Positions 19,612 through 27,991 of a DNA stretch of 64,000 nucleotides are shown one piece after another; the stretch's first letter is position 1, and each line of letters opens with the position of its first letter. Both the position numbers and the translations under genes were made by a program. The notes below the pieces were generated by a model. That model had not been told where the DNA came from and did no database searches. It saw nothing but the letters and a program-made list of their open reading frames with translations. The DNA is from Patescibacteria group bacterium (lineage in GTDB: Bacteria; Patescibacteriota; Microgenomatia; Levybacterales; UBA12049): assembly GCA_023484045.1 (NCBI GenBank), contig JAMDAA010000015.1, positions 8,659 through 72,658 on the forward strand. Direction: 5' to 3'.

Positions 19612-19686
19612 GGGCTCCGCAGCTAGGATTCGAACCTAGAACCTTGAAATTAACAGTTTCCTGCTCTACCGTTGAGCTACTGCGGA
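19612..19686 (-). tRNA. tRNA-Asn (anticodon GUU)
   Basis: Hand-folded on the minus strand: acceptor TCCGCAG/CTGCGGA, D-arm GCTC-AACGGTA-GAGC, anticodon loop CU-GUU-AA, T-arm CTAGG-TTCGAAT-CCTAG, discriminator G. No encoded CCA. Confidence 0.7.
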
Positions 19687-19831
19687 GCCCTGCTGCCTAA
19701 ATTAATTTTCAAGAACTTTTGCTATTCTAGCATCAAATTAAACAAAAATCTAGCCTCAAAAACAAGCCAGAATGGCTATACAAGCTTGACTAACTAAGCC
19801 AAAATTTGGTATATTACAAACCTATATTTAG

Positions 19832-19860
19832 CCCTGCGAGACGCAGGGTTTTAAAGTTTT
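19832..19860 (+). terminator. Intrinsic-terminator-like hairpin (CCCTGCG-AGA-CGCAGGG + TTTTAAAGTTTT) abutting the start codon of 19861
   Basis: Perfect 7-bp GC-rich stem, 3-nt loop, then a T-rich tract. It lies between a putative promoter (TTGACT-18 nt-TATATT at about 19778) and the ATG at 19861. Confidence 0.4.
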
Positions 19861-20580
19861 ATGGAAGAAGCAATAATCGGTTTAATAACCTTAATTTCGG
19901 TGATCATTACTCCGGTCCCCGAACAGCCAATATTGTATTTACAGCCGCAACAAAACGTCTTGGTGGATGTTCTAGCAGAGCATTCGATGGATTTGAGAAA
20001 TCGTATAGAAGACAAGTACGAAAACGAGGTTTTTTCTGACAACATAATACTCGCGCTCCATTATTTTAAAGGAGATGCAAATAATTTTAAAATCGACAAG
20101 AGTAAAACAGGTCCCCAAAACATCGAATGGGAAAAGATAAGAGAGCCGTTTAGTTTTTCGTTTGAGCTGAAGCCCGACGAGGTTTTTGCTTTCCATAGAA
20201 ATATCTCGAGAGATTATTTAAATTCCAATATCAAGACCGTTGGTTCGAGATATAATTTTGAAGACGGTTATAAAGCCGTCGCTGGCTTGAGTGGAAACGG
20301 CGTGTGTCATCTTGCGTCTTTTATAAACTGGACAGCGCAGGATGTGCCATTAATCGATGGAAAAAAACTTAAAGTAACTGCAAAAGTAAGTCATGATTTT
20401 GCAGAGATTCCCGGTGTTCCACAAGAATTTGGAACTTCGATTTTTTATTCTCCATTTGGCGCTGGAAATTCACAAAATCAAAATCTTTATATTAAAAATA
20501 CTTTTCCAAAACCATTAAAATTCACGTTTTCAGTAAAAAAAGAAAAAGTCGATCTTAAAATCCTCGAGGAAAAAAGTTAA
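19861..20580 (+). CDS. VanW-like domain protein
   Basis: 'AVAGLSGNGVCHLASFINWTAQ' resembles the VanW core 'G.GGGVCQVSTTLYNA'. N-terminal hydrophobic segment. Confidence 0.45.
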   Translation: MEEAIIGLITLISVIITPVPEQPILYLQPQQNVLVDVLAEHSMDLRNRIEDKYENEVFSDNIILALHYFKGDANNFKIDKSKTGPQNIEWEKIREPFSFSFELKPDEVFAFHRNISRDYLNSNIKTVGSRYNFEDGYKAVAGLSGNGVCHLASFINWTAQDVPLIDGKKLKVTAKVSHDFAEIPGVPQEFGTSIFYSPFGAGNSQNQNLYIKNTFPKPLKFTFSVKKEKVDLKILEEKS

Positions 20581-20632
20581 AGTTTGTGATCTTTATTACT
20601 GATTATGTTTTATGTATAATTAATATAGAATC

Positions 20633-21070
20633 ATGAAACTTTTAACGTTAATCGATAAACTTTTGCCTTCCCAAACTGTTTTTGCCCACTGTGATGTTCC
20701 GTGCGGAATTTATGACCCTAAGCCCGCGCAGATAGCCGCAGCGACAGTTTTAAAAATGGTCCAAAAAATAAACGAATTGCCAAAAGATGATTCGCTTCAA
20801 ACTCAAAACTCGCTAATCAGAATGGTTTGGACAAAAGAAGAACACGCGAGGATTTGTAAAGAAGAATTACTGATTTTATGGACCGATTATTTTAAACCCG
20901 AGCATCTGGAAATGTTTCCTAATCTCCACGATATATTTTGGAAAGCCGCAAAACTTTGCTCTAAAAATAAACAGGAGGTAAATTTAGAATCGGCAGAAAA
21001 TTTGGTAAAAGCGGTAAACGAAATCGCAGATATGTTTATTAAATCAAAATCTCTCCCTCAAAAAAAATAA
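20633..21070 (+). CDS. sodN: Nickel superoxide dismutase precursor
   Basis: Leader 'MKLLTLIDKLLPSQTVFA', then the Ni-hook 'HCDVPCGIYDP' (His1-Cys2...Cys6 of mature NiSOD). About 130-aa helical body. Confidence 0.85.
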   Translation: MKLLTLIDKLLPSQTVFAHCDVPCGIYDPKPAQIAAATVLKMVQKINELPKDDSLQTQNSLIRMVWTKEEHARICKEELLILWTDYFKPEHLEMFPNLHDIFWKAAKLCSKNKQEVNLESAENLVKAVNEIADMFIKSKSLPQKK

Positions 21071-21400
21071 ATGGTCAAAATTTTGCGATCGATATTTTTT
21101 AAACTTCCGATACTCAAATTTGAAGCAGAAGGTCGTAGTATGATTCCTCTAATAAAAAACGGGCAGACAGTTTTGATTAGTAAATTTTCATATATTTTTA
21201 AAAATCCCAAAATTGGAGATGTCGTTGTGTTAAGAAATCCTGAGAAAAAGTTAAAAGACAAAAAGTATATAATAAAAAAGATTAATAAAATCTACGGAGG
21301 AAAATATTTTGTGGTCGGAATGAATTTAAAAGAAAGTACAGACAGCCGGAGTTTTGGATTAGTCGCAAAAAAAGAAATTATCGGGAAAGTATTATTGTGA
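21071..21400 (+). CDS. sodX: NiSOD maturation peptidase (S26 signal-peptidase-like)
   Basis: 'GRSMIPLIKNGQ' Ser-nucleophile region of S26 peptidases. The 'GDVVV' and 'IIGKV' β-strands fit the S26 family. Immediately follows sodN (1-bp gap). Confidence 0.75.
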   Translation: MVKILRSIFFKLPILKFEAEGRSMIPLIKNGQTVLISKFSYIFKNPKIGDVVVLRNPEKKLKDKKYIIKKINKIYGGKYFVVGMNLKESTDSRSFGLVAKKEIIGKVLL

Positions 21401-21936
21401 TGGGCGCGATTATTTTTAATTCATTTTTATTTTTTATACTCATTTTTCTTCTTATTATTCTATCGATGGTTTGGCCTCCCGACAGTCCATGGAGTCCCTG
21501 GTGGAGGACTTCGAAAAACAAAGCGAGGGCAATGTGTAAACTCGCAAAAATCAGTAAAAAGGACATAGTCTATGATTTAGGGTGCGGGGAGGCAACGGCA
21601 TTAATAGTCGCGACAAAAGAATTCGGCGCAAATGGAGTAGGGATCGAAATCGATCCATTACGTTTTTTCATTTCAAAAATTAATGTTCTGGTAAACAGAG
21701 TTTCAACTAGAGTAAAAATTATCAAAGACAATTTTTTTAATCAGGACATATCAAAAGCGACAATAATATTTGTTTATCTTGTCCCAAAAGCATTAAAAAG
21801 ATTAAAACCGAAATTTTTAAAAGAATTAAAACCCGGGACAAAAATAGTAAGTTATAAATACGAAGTTGATTTACCTCTCGCATTGTACGATAAGGTTCAT
21901 GAGATCAGAGTTTACAAAATTCCTAATAACACTTAA
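21397..21936 (+). CDS. Membrane-anchored class I SAM-dependent methyltransferase
   Basis: N-terminal TM, then 'VYDLGCGEATALIVATKEFGANGVGIEIDP' (motif I / post-I). Overlaps sodX by 4 bp. Confidence 0.55.
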   Translation: MMGAIIFNSFLFFILIFLLIILSMVWPPDSPWSPWWRTSKNKARAMCKLAKISKKDIVYDLGCGEATALIVATKEFGANGVGIEIDPLRFFISKINVLVNRVSTRVKIIKDNFFNQDISKATIIFVYLVPKALKRLKPKFLKELKPGTKIVSYKYEVDLPLALYDKVHEIRVYKIPNNT

Positions 21937-23293
21937 AAAGATTAATTCGATTTGTAACTCCTTCTGCTTTTACGGGAAAACTCTCCAATAACTTACAAGA
22001 TTTTAAAACCAAGTCTTTGTTAAAGATTTCGTCGATAACCTTTTCCTCAATACTTATTTGAGGATAAGATACTCCGTGAGAAATAATAATCGTCTTTTTT
22101 TGAACCGCTTTTTTTGTCAAAAATTCTTTGTCTAAAATTTTTTTGGTAAAAAAATATTCATGGGCATCTGTAACGCCTTGAAGAGGGGGGATTTTAGTAA
22201 CGTACAAAAGCGCAGGCGTTATATCATTGACACCGTATAAATAGTCGGGATTTTCCTTTCGAATCAATTGCACGATTTTTTCAAAATTTTCGACTTTTTG
22301 TAGATTTCTGTAACCGGAGAAATAAACAGAAATATTTATAAGAATAAAAATAGACACAATAAAAAGAATAATCGGTCTTTTAAAATTAAGCTTTTTTGTT
22401 AAAAAATTATAAAATTCGTAAAAAGAAAGACAAAGAAAAGGGACTAAAAAATTAAGATATAAATAATACACGTCCTGAAAACCGAAGAAAAAAATAATGG
22501 AAGAAATTGAGACTAACGCAAAAAAAGTACTTTTTCTAATATCCAGAAGATTAAATATCAATATCATAAAAAGTAGAAAATCCTTACTTATAAAAAACCA
22601 CGCAACCTCGTTTTTCATAATTCCGGAAGGTCGGGAAAGTGAAAATCCAAAAATATCTCCAAAAAATTCCTTCGGTGCAAAGATTAAAAATGGGAGAACG
22701 ACGATAAAACCAGTTACTATAAAAGCGATGGAAAAGTTAAATATTTTTTTGTAATTTTTCTGTAAAATTAGGTAAACGAAAAAAGAGAAAGCGATTGGAA
22801 TATAATATGCTTTGGTAAGAAATGATAAGGCCATAAATACTCCGGATAAAAAATATTTTTTCTCCTGAAGAAACAAAAAACCTAGCACTGCAAATAGTGA
22901 GGCGGTAAAAACTCCTGTTTGATGATCAGATGTAGACAGGACAATAAAAGAAAAAATGTAAAGCGCAGAGCTTGTTAATGAAAGAAGAATATCCTTTGTT
23001 TTTTTATAAGTTATAAAATAAATAAGAGTAGTTATAATCATTACTTCGATTGCGGATGTAATATAAAAAATTTCGATATTTTTATTAGTCAATAAATAAT
23101 ACAAAGAGGATATATAAGAGAAAAAGGGAAAATTTGAAAAGAAAATATCTCTGTAAAGCAATTTTCCCTGGAATATTTGATAAACATCATTAAAATAAAT
23201 ATTTGTGTCGGAAAGACGAACGCCAATGTTTAAAACTTTTATAACGAAAAAAAATCCTAAAAAGCCGATAAGAGGAACGAGGCCTTTCTTCAT
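21923..23293 (-). CDS. GT-C fold glycosyltransferase-like membrane protein (PMT_2/ArnT-like)
   Basis: Multi-TM. First loop 'YFNDVYQIFQGKLLYRDIF' is paralogous to 'YGDEGIYQVVGMGINNNRLLYRDIW' of 54212..55669. Soluble C-terminal domain. Confidence 0.55.
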   Translation of the reverse strand: MKKGLVPLIGFLGFFFVIKVLNIGVRLSDTNIYFNDVYQIFQGKLLYRDIFFSNFPFFSYISSLYYLLTNKNIEIFYITSAIEVMIITTLIYFITYKKTKDILLSLTSSALYIFSFIVLSTSDHQTGVFTASLFAVLGFLFLQEKKYFLSGVFMALSFLTKAYYIPIAFSFFVYLILQKNYKKIFNFSIAFIVTGFIVVLPFLIFAPKEFFGDIFGFSLSRPSGIMKNEVAWFFISKDFLLFMILIFNLLDIRKSTFFALVSISSIIFFFGFQDVYYLYLNFLVPFLCLSFYEFYNFLTKKLNFKRPIILFIVSIFILINISVYFSGYRNLQKVENFEKIVQLIRKENPDYLYGVNDITPALLYVTKIPPLQGVTDAHEYFFTKKILDKEFLTKKAVQKKTIIISHGVSYPQISIEEKVIDEIFNKDLVLKSCKLLESFPVKAEGVTNRINLFKCY

Positions 23294-24342
23294 TTTTTGA
23301 TTTTTAGAATTAACCAGCGAAGTTTATCTGCGATTTTATAAAATTGATAAGTAAAAGGTTTAATCACTAGGTCATAGCTTCCGACGAATTCGACGAGTCT
23401 TGGTCCGTATCCCTGTTTAAAACGGTGAAACCCAAACCATGGATCATTTGCGTCCGGGTTTGGTCCTAAAGATCCCCACATATCAAATTTTTTAAGTCCC
23501 ATTTTTTTACCAAATTTTATTACTTCCCACATCATTAAATTAGATGCCATAACTTCCCGGTTTTCACTCGACGACGCGCCGTATGGATAATATAAGGTAT
23601 CATGAAAAATAAAAACAATCCAGGCGGCGAGAATTTTTGAATTATATTTTGCCAAAAAAAGACGAGCAGTCAGTTTGTCTTCCGAAGGCTTGTCCTGAGT
23701 TTGTCGAAGAGTCTCCCACATTAACTTGTGATAATTTTCGTTATGGGCAAAAAATTTCTGCCTGCTTGTTGTTACTTTTGTGAGCCTTAGATATTCTTTA
23801 AACGCTTCTTCGGAATTATCTTCGATTATTTTGACATTATGTTTTTGAGCGACTCTAATGTTATAACGCGTTTTAGGATGCATATTTTTTAAAAGTTCAT
23901 CCTCTGATTTTGTTAAATCGAGCTGAAAAGTATATTTGGTAAATAAGGGATGAGCAGAAGGCCTAAGGCCTAAATTTACAATTTTTAATTTACTCGCCTC
24001 GCTTCGCGGGCGAAGCGGGCAATTTTTAATATTGTCGACGTTTGGCTCGAGTTGGATAAATATACAATTTTCCTCTTTCCCGATTCTTTTAAGTTCATCG
24101 AGAATTTCTTTATCCGGTAATTCTCCCTTTGGAAAATAGCCGATTGTCAGGTTTGTTTTTGGAGTCTTATGAACAGTCAGCTGGAAGCCCGATTTTAATT
24201 TATTTTTTTCATAAAATCCTTTTCTTATTACTTTAAGACCTGTTTTTTCCCGAAATTTTCCCCATTCAAAAGACTGAAGGGGATGGGTCACGATTTTATT
24301 AAATTCTTTTTTTTCTTTTTCGGTTATATTTATTATTTTCAT
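23290..24342 (-). CDS. FemAB-family peptidoglycan interpeptide-bridge peptidyltransferase-like protein
   Basis: 'THPLQSFEWGKFREKTG' matches the FemX/FemAB N-terminal 'FLQS.EWGE.K' motif. About 350 aa, typical for the family. Confidence 0.7.
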   Translation of the reverse strand: MKIINITEKEKKEFNKIVTHPLQSFEWGKFREKTGLKVIRKGFYEKNKLKSGFQLTVHKTPKTNLTIGYFPKGELPDKEILDELKRIGKEENCIFIQLEPNVDNIKNCPLRPRSEASKLKIVNLGLRPSAHPLFTKYTFQLDLTKSEDELLKNMHPKTRYNIRVAQKHNVKIIEDNSEEAFKEYLRLTKVTTSRQKFFAHNENYHKLMWETLRQTQDKPSEDKLTARLFLAKYNSKILAAWIVFIFHDTLYYPYGASSSENREVMASNLMMWEVIKFGKKMGLKKFDMWGSLGPNPDANDPWFGFHRFKQGYGPRLVEFVGSYDLVIKPFTYQFYKIADKLRWLILKIKK

Positions 24343-26213
24343 AAAAATTCCGGCGCGTCATCATTCCCCAAAATATGTAAATTTTGGGAAATTACATTTT
24401 TCGGTAACTCGAAAATAAAACGTGATACGGTATTTGAAGTTTTTTGTCCGAAAAACATTCTTTTACGGGCATACGTTAAAAATAACCTTTCTTTCGCGCG
24501 TGTCATTCCGACATAACATAATCTTCTTTCTTCTTCGAGTTCGTGTCGGTCGAACAAAGACCTACTGTGTGGGAAAAGTCCTTCTTCCATGCCAACCATA
24601 AAAACGATCGGGAATTCGAGTCCCTTAGCGGCGTGCAGGGTCATAAGCGTTATCGCGTTTTTTTGCTTAGAGCTAAATATTGTCGGATGATCGGGCATAT
24701 ATTCCTGTTCGATTAACGCGACGTTTTCTAAAAATTGGGTAAGATCTGAAAACTCGATCGCGACGGACCGCAGTTCTTTAATATTCTCAAGTCTTTGTCT
24801 GTCGTCTTCGTCGCTCTCGTCGTATAAAGAAAGATAGTCAGTATTTTTAATGACGGAATCCAGAATATCGATCGTTGACTTATCTTTCTGTTCAAAAGAA
24901 GACTGAAATTCGATAAATTTTTTAAACCTTCCTTTTCCGAGTTTTTCGAGTCGTTTGTGAGATATCGTGTCTTTCGGGTTTTCGATATTTTTAAGATACG
25001 CGAGAATATCTTTTATTTCTTTTCTTTCATAAAATCGTGTCCCGCCAATTAACGTATAAGGAATGCTGTGGTGCAGCAGTACTTCTTCTAAGATTCTCGA
25101 CTGCGCGTTTGTCCTATAAAGGACTGCGACGTCGGAATAATTATAATGTGAGTCTTTGCTGTCAAAATATTTGAGATTTAATACCTGATTTATTATAAAT
25201 TCGACTTCATCGTGTTCATTTTTTGCTTCATTAACAATTACTTCATCGCCGATTGGATTTTTTGTCCAAAGCGACAAAACCGGATGAGTTGTGTTATTTG
25301 AGATTACGGAAGATGCAGCATCTAATATTTTTTGTGTCGATCTGTAATTTTGCGAAAGTGAAAATGTTTCTGTATTTTTAAAATCTTCTTTGAATTTTGA
25401 TAAATTTCTAAAATCTGCGCCGCGCCAGCTGTAAATACTCTGGGAAAAATCGCCGACGACGCACACGTTTTTGTACTCGGAAGAAAGCATTTTTGTTAAA
25501 ACGTATTGTGCGTGATTTGTGTCCTGGTATTCATCGACTAAGACGTATTTAAAACGTTCTTGATATTTTTTTAAAACGTCCTGATTTTTCTTAAATAGTT
25601 TTATTGTTTTTAAAATTAAATCGTCAAAATCGAGGGCGTTATTTTCGTCGAGGGTTTGTTGATATAAATTATAAACTTTTGCCGCCACTTCTTGAAAAAG
25701 TCCCCGGGCAATTTCCTGATATCGCTTTTCGTCGATTAATTCATTTTTTGCCCCAGAAATCGTCGTCAGAATAGAATTGGGTTTATAATCTTTCACTGAA
25801 ATATCGAGAGCTTTGAAAGCTTGTTTCACGGCATCGATCTGGTCTTGCTCATCGTATATAACGTATTTTGGTGAGATATTAATATATTTCCCATCGATTC
25901 TTAATATCTTGGCGCAGAGGGAGTGGAATGTTGAAACCCACGGTTTTATTTTTTTACCCGAAAGATATTTTTGAATTCTCTCGTTCATCTCTTTTGCCGC
26001 TTTATTCGTAAATGTGATCATGATTATATTTACTGGATTTACTTTTTTTTCTAAAATCAGATGCATAACTTTATGAACAAGGACTTTCGTTTTTCCGCTT
26101 CCTGCGCCGGCCAGAATTATCATGGGTCCATCGGTATTTATTACGGCCTTTTGCTGTTCGGGGTTTAAATCCTTGAGAAAATCGTTTGTCATACCGTATA
26201 ATGATATCACCAC
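24339..26213 (-). CDS. pcrA: ATP-dependent DNA helicase, UvrD/PcrA/Rep family
   Basis: Walker A 'AGAGSGKTKVL', motifs 'TFTNKAAKEM', 'VLVDEYQDTN', 'YRSTQKIL', 'TLHAAKGLEFP'. Confidence 0.9.
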   Translation of the reverse strand: MVISLYGMTNDFLKDLNPEQQKAVINTDGPMIILAGAGSGKTKVLVHKVMHLILEKKVNPVNIIMITFTNKAAKEMNERIQKYLSGKKIKPWVSTFHSLCAKILRIDGKYINISPKYVIYDEQDQIDAVKQAFKALDISVKDYKPNSILTTISGAKNELIDEKRYQEIARGLFQEVAAKVYNLYQQTLDENNALDFDDLILKTIKLFKKNQDVLKKYQERFKYVLVDEYQDTNHAQYVLTKMLSSEYKNVCVVGDFSQSIYSWRGADFRNLSKFKEDFKNTETFSLSQNYRSTQKILDAASSVISNNTTHPVLSLWTKNPIGDEVIVNEAKNEHDEVEFIINQVLNLKYFDSKDSHYNYSDVAVLYRTNAQSRILEEVLLHHSIPYTLIGGTRFYERKEIKDILAYLKNIENPKDTISHKRLEKLGKGRFKKFIEFQSSFEQKDKSTIDILDSVIKNTDYLSLYDESDEDDRQRLENIKELRSVAIEFSDLTQFLENVALIEQEYMPDHPTIFSSKQKNAITLMTLHAAKGLEFPIVFMVGMEEGLFPHSRSLFDRHELEEERRLCYVGMTRAKERLFLTYARKRMFFGQKTSNTVSRFIFELPKNVISQNLHILGNDDAPEFL

Positions 26214-26232
26214 GTCACACGTGGCTCAAGGC

Positions 26233-26904
26233 ATGAAAAAACTTTTCATAATTGCTAATTGGAAATCAAATAAAACAGAACATGAATCCATAAAATGGAT
26301 TCAAGAATTTCCAATTTCCTCCCGCTCAGCGGGACAATTTCCAAACAATAAAGAAATAATAATATGTCCTTCTTTTGTTTATCTCCCGCTTCTTAAATCA
26401 TATATCCTAGATCATAATTTACCGATAAAATTGGGGACACAGAATATTTCGAAATTTGACGAAGGTGCTTATACGGGCGAAATTAACGGAAAACAAATAA
26501 AAGACTTTGCCGATTACGTGATTATCGGTCATTCGGAAAGAAGACAAAATTTTTCCGAAAGTGAGGAGACGATTAATAAAAAAATCGAGCAGGCAAAAAA
26601 ATACAGACTAACGCCGATTCTCTGTGTCCAAAATCCAGATTTTAGAATTTCACAAAAGATAGAAATTATTGCTTACGAACCGGTTTTCGCAATCGGTACA
26701 AACTATCCGGACACGCCGGAAAATGCGAGTCTTGTCTCAGCTGAAATTAAGAAAAATAGTTTATCAAATCATGTTGTTTATGGAGGCAGCGTGACTTCGA
26801 AAAATGTAAAAGAATTTACCCAAAAATCTAATATCGACGGAGTTTTAGTCGGCAATGCAAGCTTAGATCCTCTCGAGTTTTTCGAAATCATAAAAAATGC
26901 GTAA
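26233..26904 (+). CDS. tpiA: Triosephosphate isomerase
   Basis: 'IIANWKSNK', catalytic 'IIGHSERR' and 'AYEPVFAIGT'. The ORF-track start at 26122 overlaps pcrA. The ATG at 26233 (MKKLFII...) is the real start. Confidence 0.85.
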   Translation: MKKLFIIANWKSNKTEHESIKWIQEFPISSRSAGQFPNNKEIIICPSFVYLPLLKSYILDHNLPIKLGTQNISKFDEGAYTGEINGKQIKDFADYVIIGHSERRQNFSESEETINKKIEQAKKYRLTPILCVQNPDFRISQKIEIIAYEPVFAIGTNYPDTPENASLVSAEIKKNSLSNHVVYGGSVTSKNVKEFTQKSNIDGVLVGNASLDPLEFFEIIKNA

Positions 26905-27991
26905 AAAGAAAGTCCTGATTATCGTTTTAGTCATTACATTATTTGTGCTTATAAAAGCGGGTTTGAGCTTGAGTAAGTATACGCCGGTTTTATTTCAATT
27001 AATTTTTAACCGCGACATTACACTTAAAAAATCAGATCATAATATTAATTTACTGCTTTTGGGGATCGGAGGAGGAAAACACGAAGGGCCGAATTTAACA
27101 GACACGATAATTTTTGCGAGTCTCGACCCCGAAAAAAAAACCGTTTCTCTTGTTTCGATTCCGCGGGATCTTTGGGTTTCGGATATCGACGGGAAAATTA
27201 ACACTGCTTATTCGATCGGAGAAAGTAAAAAAACAGGCGGTGGAATTTTGCTAACCCGTGCGCTTGTTTCTAAAATCCTTGGTCAACCGATCGATTACAC
27301 GATTAGAGTCGACTTTGATGGTTTTGTAAAAGCAGTTGATTCAGTTGGAGGATTAGATATCGATGTCGAAAACACATTCGACGATTACGAGTATCCGATC
27401 GAAGGCAAGGAAAATGATGCCTGTGGACACACAGAAGAAGAGATACAGGTGCTTGCGACGAGTTCTTCGATGGTTGACGCTTTTCCCTGCAGGTATATAC
27501 ATGTTCATTTTGACAAGGGCCTACGGCATATGGACGGAGATACTGTTTTGAAATTTGTCAGATCAAGACACGCAAAGGGGGAGGAAGGAACGGATTTTGC
27601 AAGAAATAAGAGACAGGAAAAGGTTATTGCTGCATTTAAAAATAAGCTTTTTTCAACAGATGTAATTTTAAATCCGGTAAAAGTCGTAAGTCTTTATTCT
27701 GCGATCAGCGATAATGTTGATACAGATATAGAGCAGACAGAATTTGATGATTTTGTGAGACTCGCGCAAAAGATGAAAGACGCAAAAATCCAAAGTATTG
27801 TTTTAGATACCGATAACGAAAAAAATCAGGGAAGCGGATTATTGATAAATCCGCCGATAGGAGAAGAGTATAACAATCAGTGGGTTTTAATTCCAAAACT
27901 CGGCAATAATGATTTTTCCGGAATTAAAAATTATGTCGCGTGCGAGATAAAAGCGGAAAATTGCCCGAGCATTAATTCAAAGAAGAATTGA
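26897..27991 (+). CDS. LytR-CpsA-Psr (LCP) family cell-envelope polymer transferase
   Basis: N-terminal TM. 'INLLLLGIGGG...TDTIIFASLDPEKKTVSLVSIPRDLWV' is the canonical LCP core. Confidence 0.85.
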   Translation: MRKKKVLIIVLVITLFVLIKAGLSLSKYTPVLFQLIFNRDITLKKSDHNINLLLLGIGGGKHEGPNLTDTIIFASLDPEKKTVSLVSIPRDLWVSDIDGKINTAYSIGESKKTGGGILLTRALVSKILGQPIDYTIRVDFDGFVKAVDSVGGLDIDVENTFDDYEYPIEGKENDACGHTEEEIQVLATSSSMVDAFPCRYIHVHFDKGLRHMDGDTVLKFVRSRHAKGEEGTDFARNKRQEKVIAAFKNKLFSTDVILNPVKVVSLYSAISDNVDTDIEQTEFDDFVRLAQKMKDAKIQSIVLDTDNEKNQGSGLLINPPIGEEYNNQWVLIPKLGNNDFSGIKNYVACEIKAENCPSINSKKN

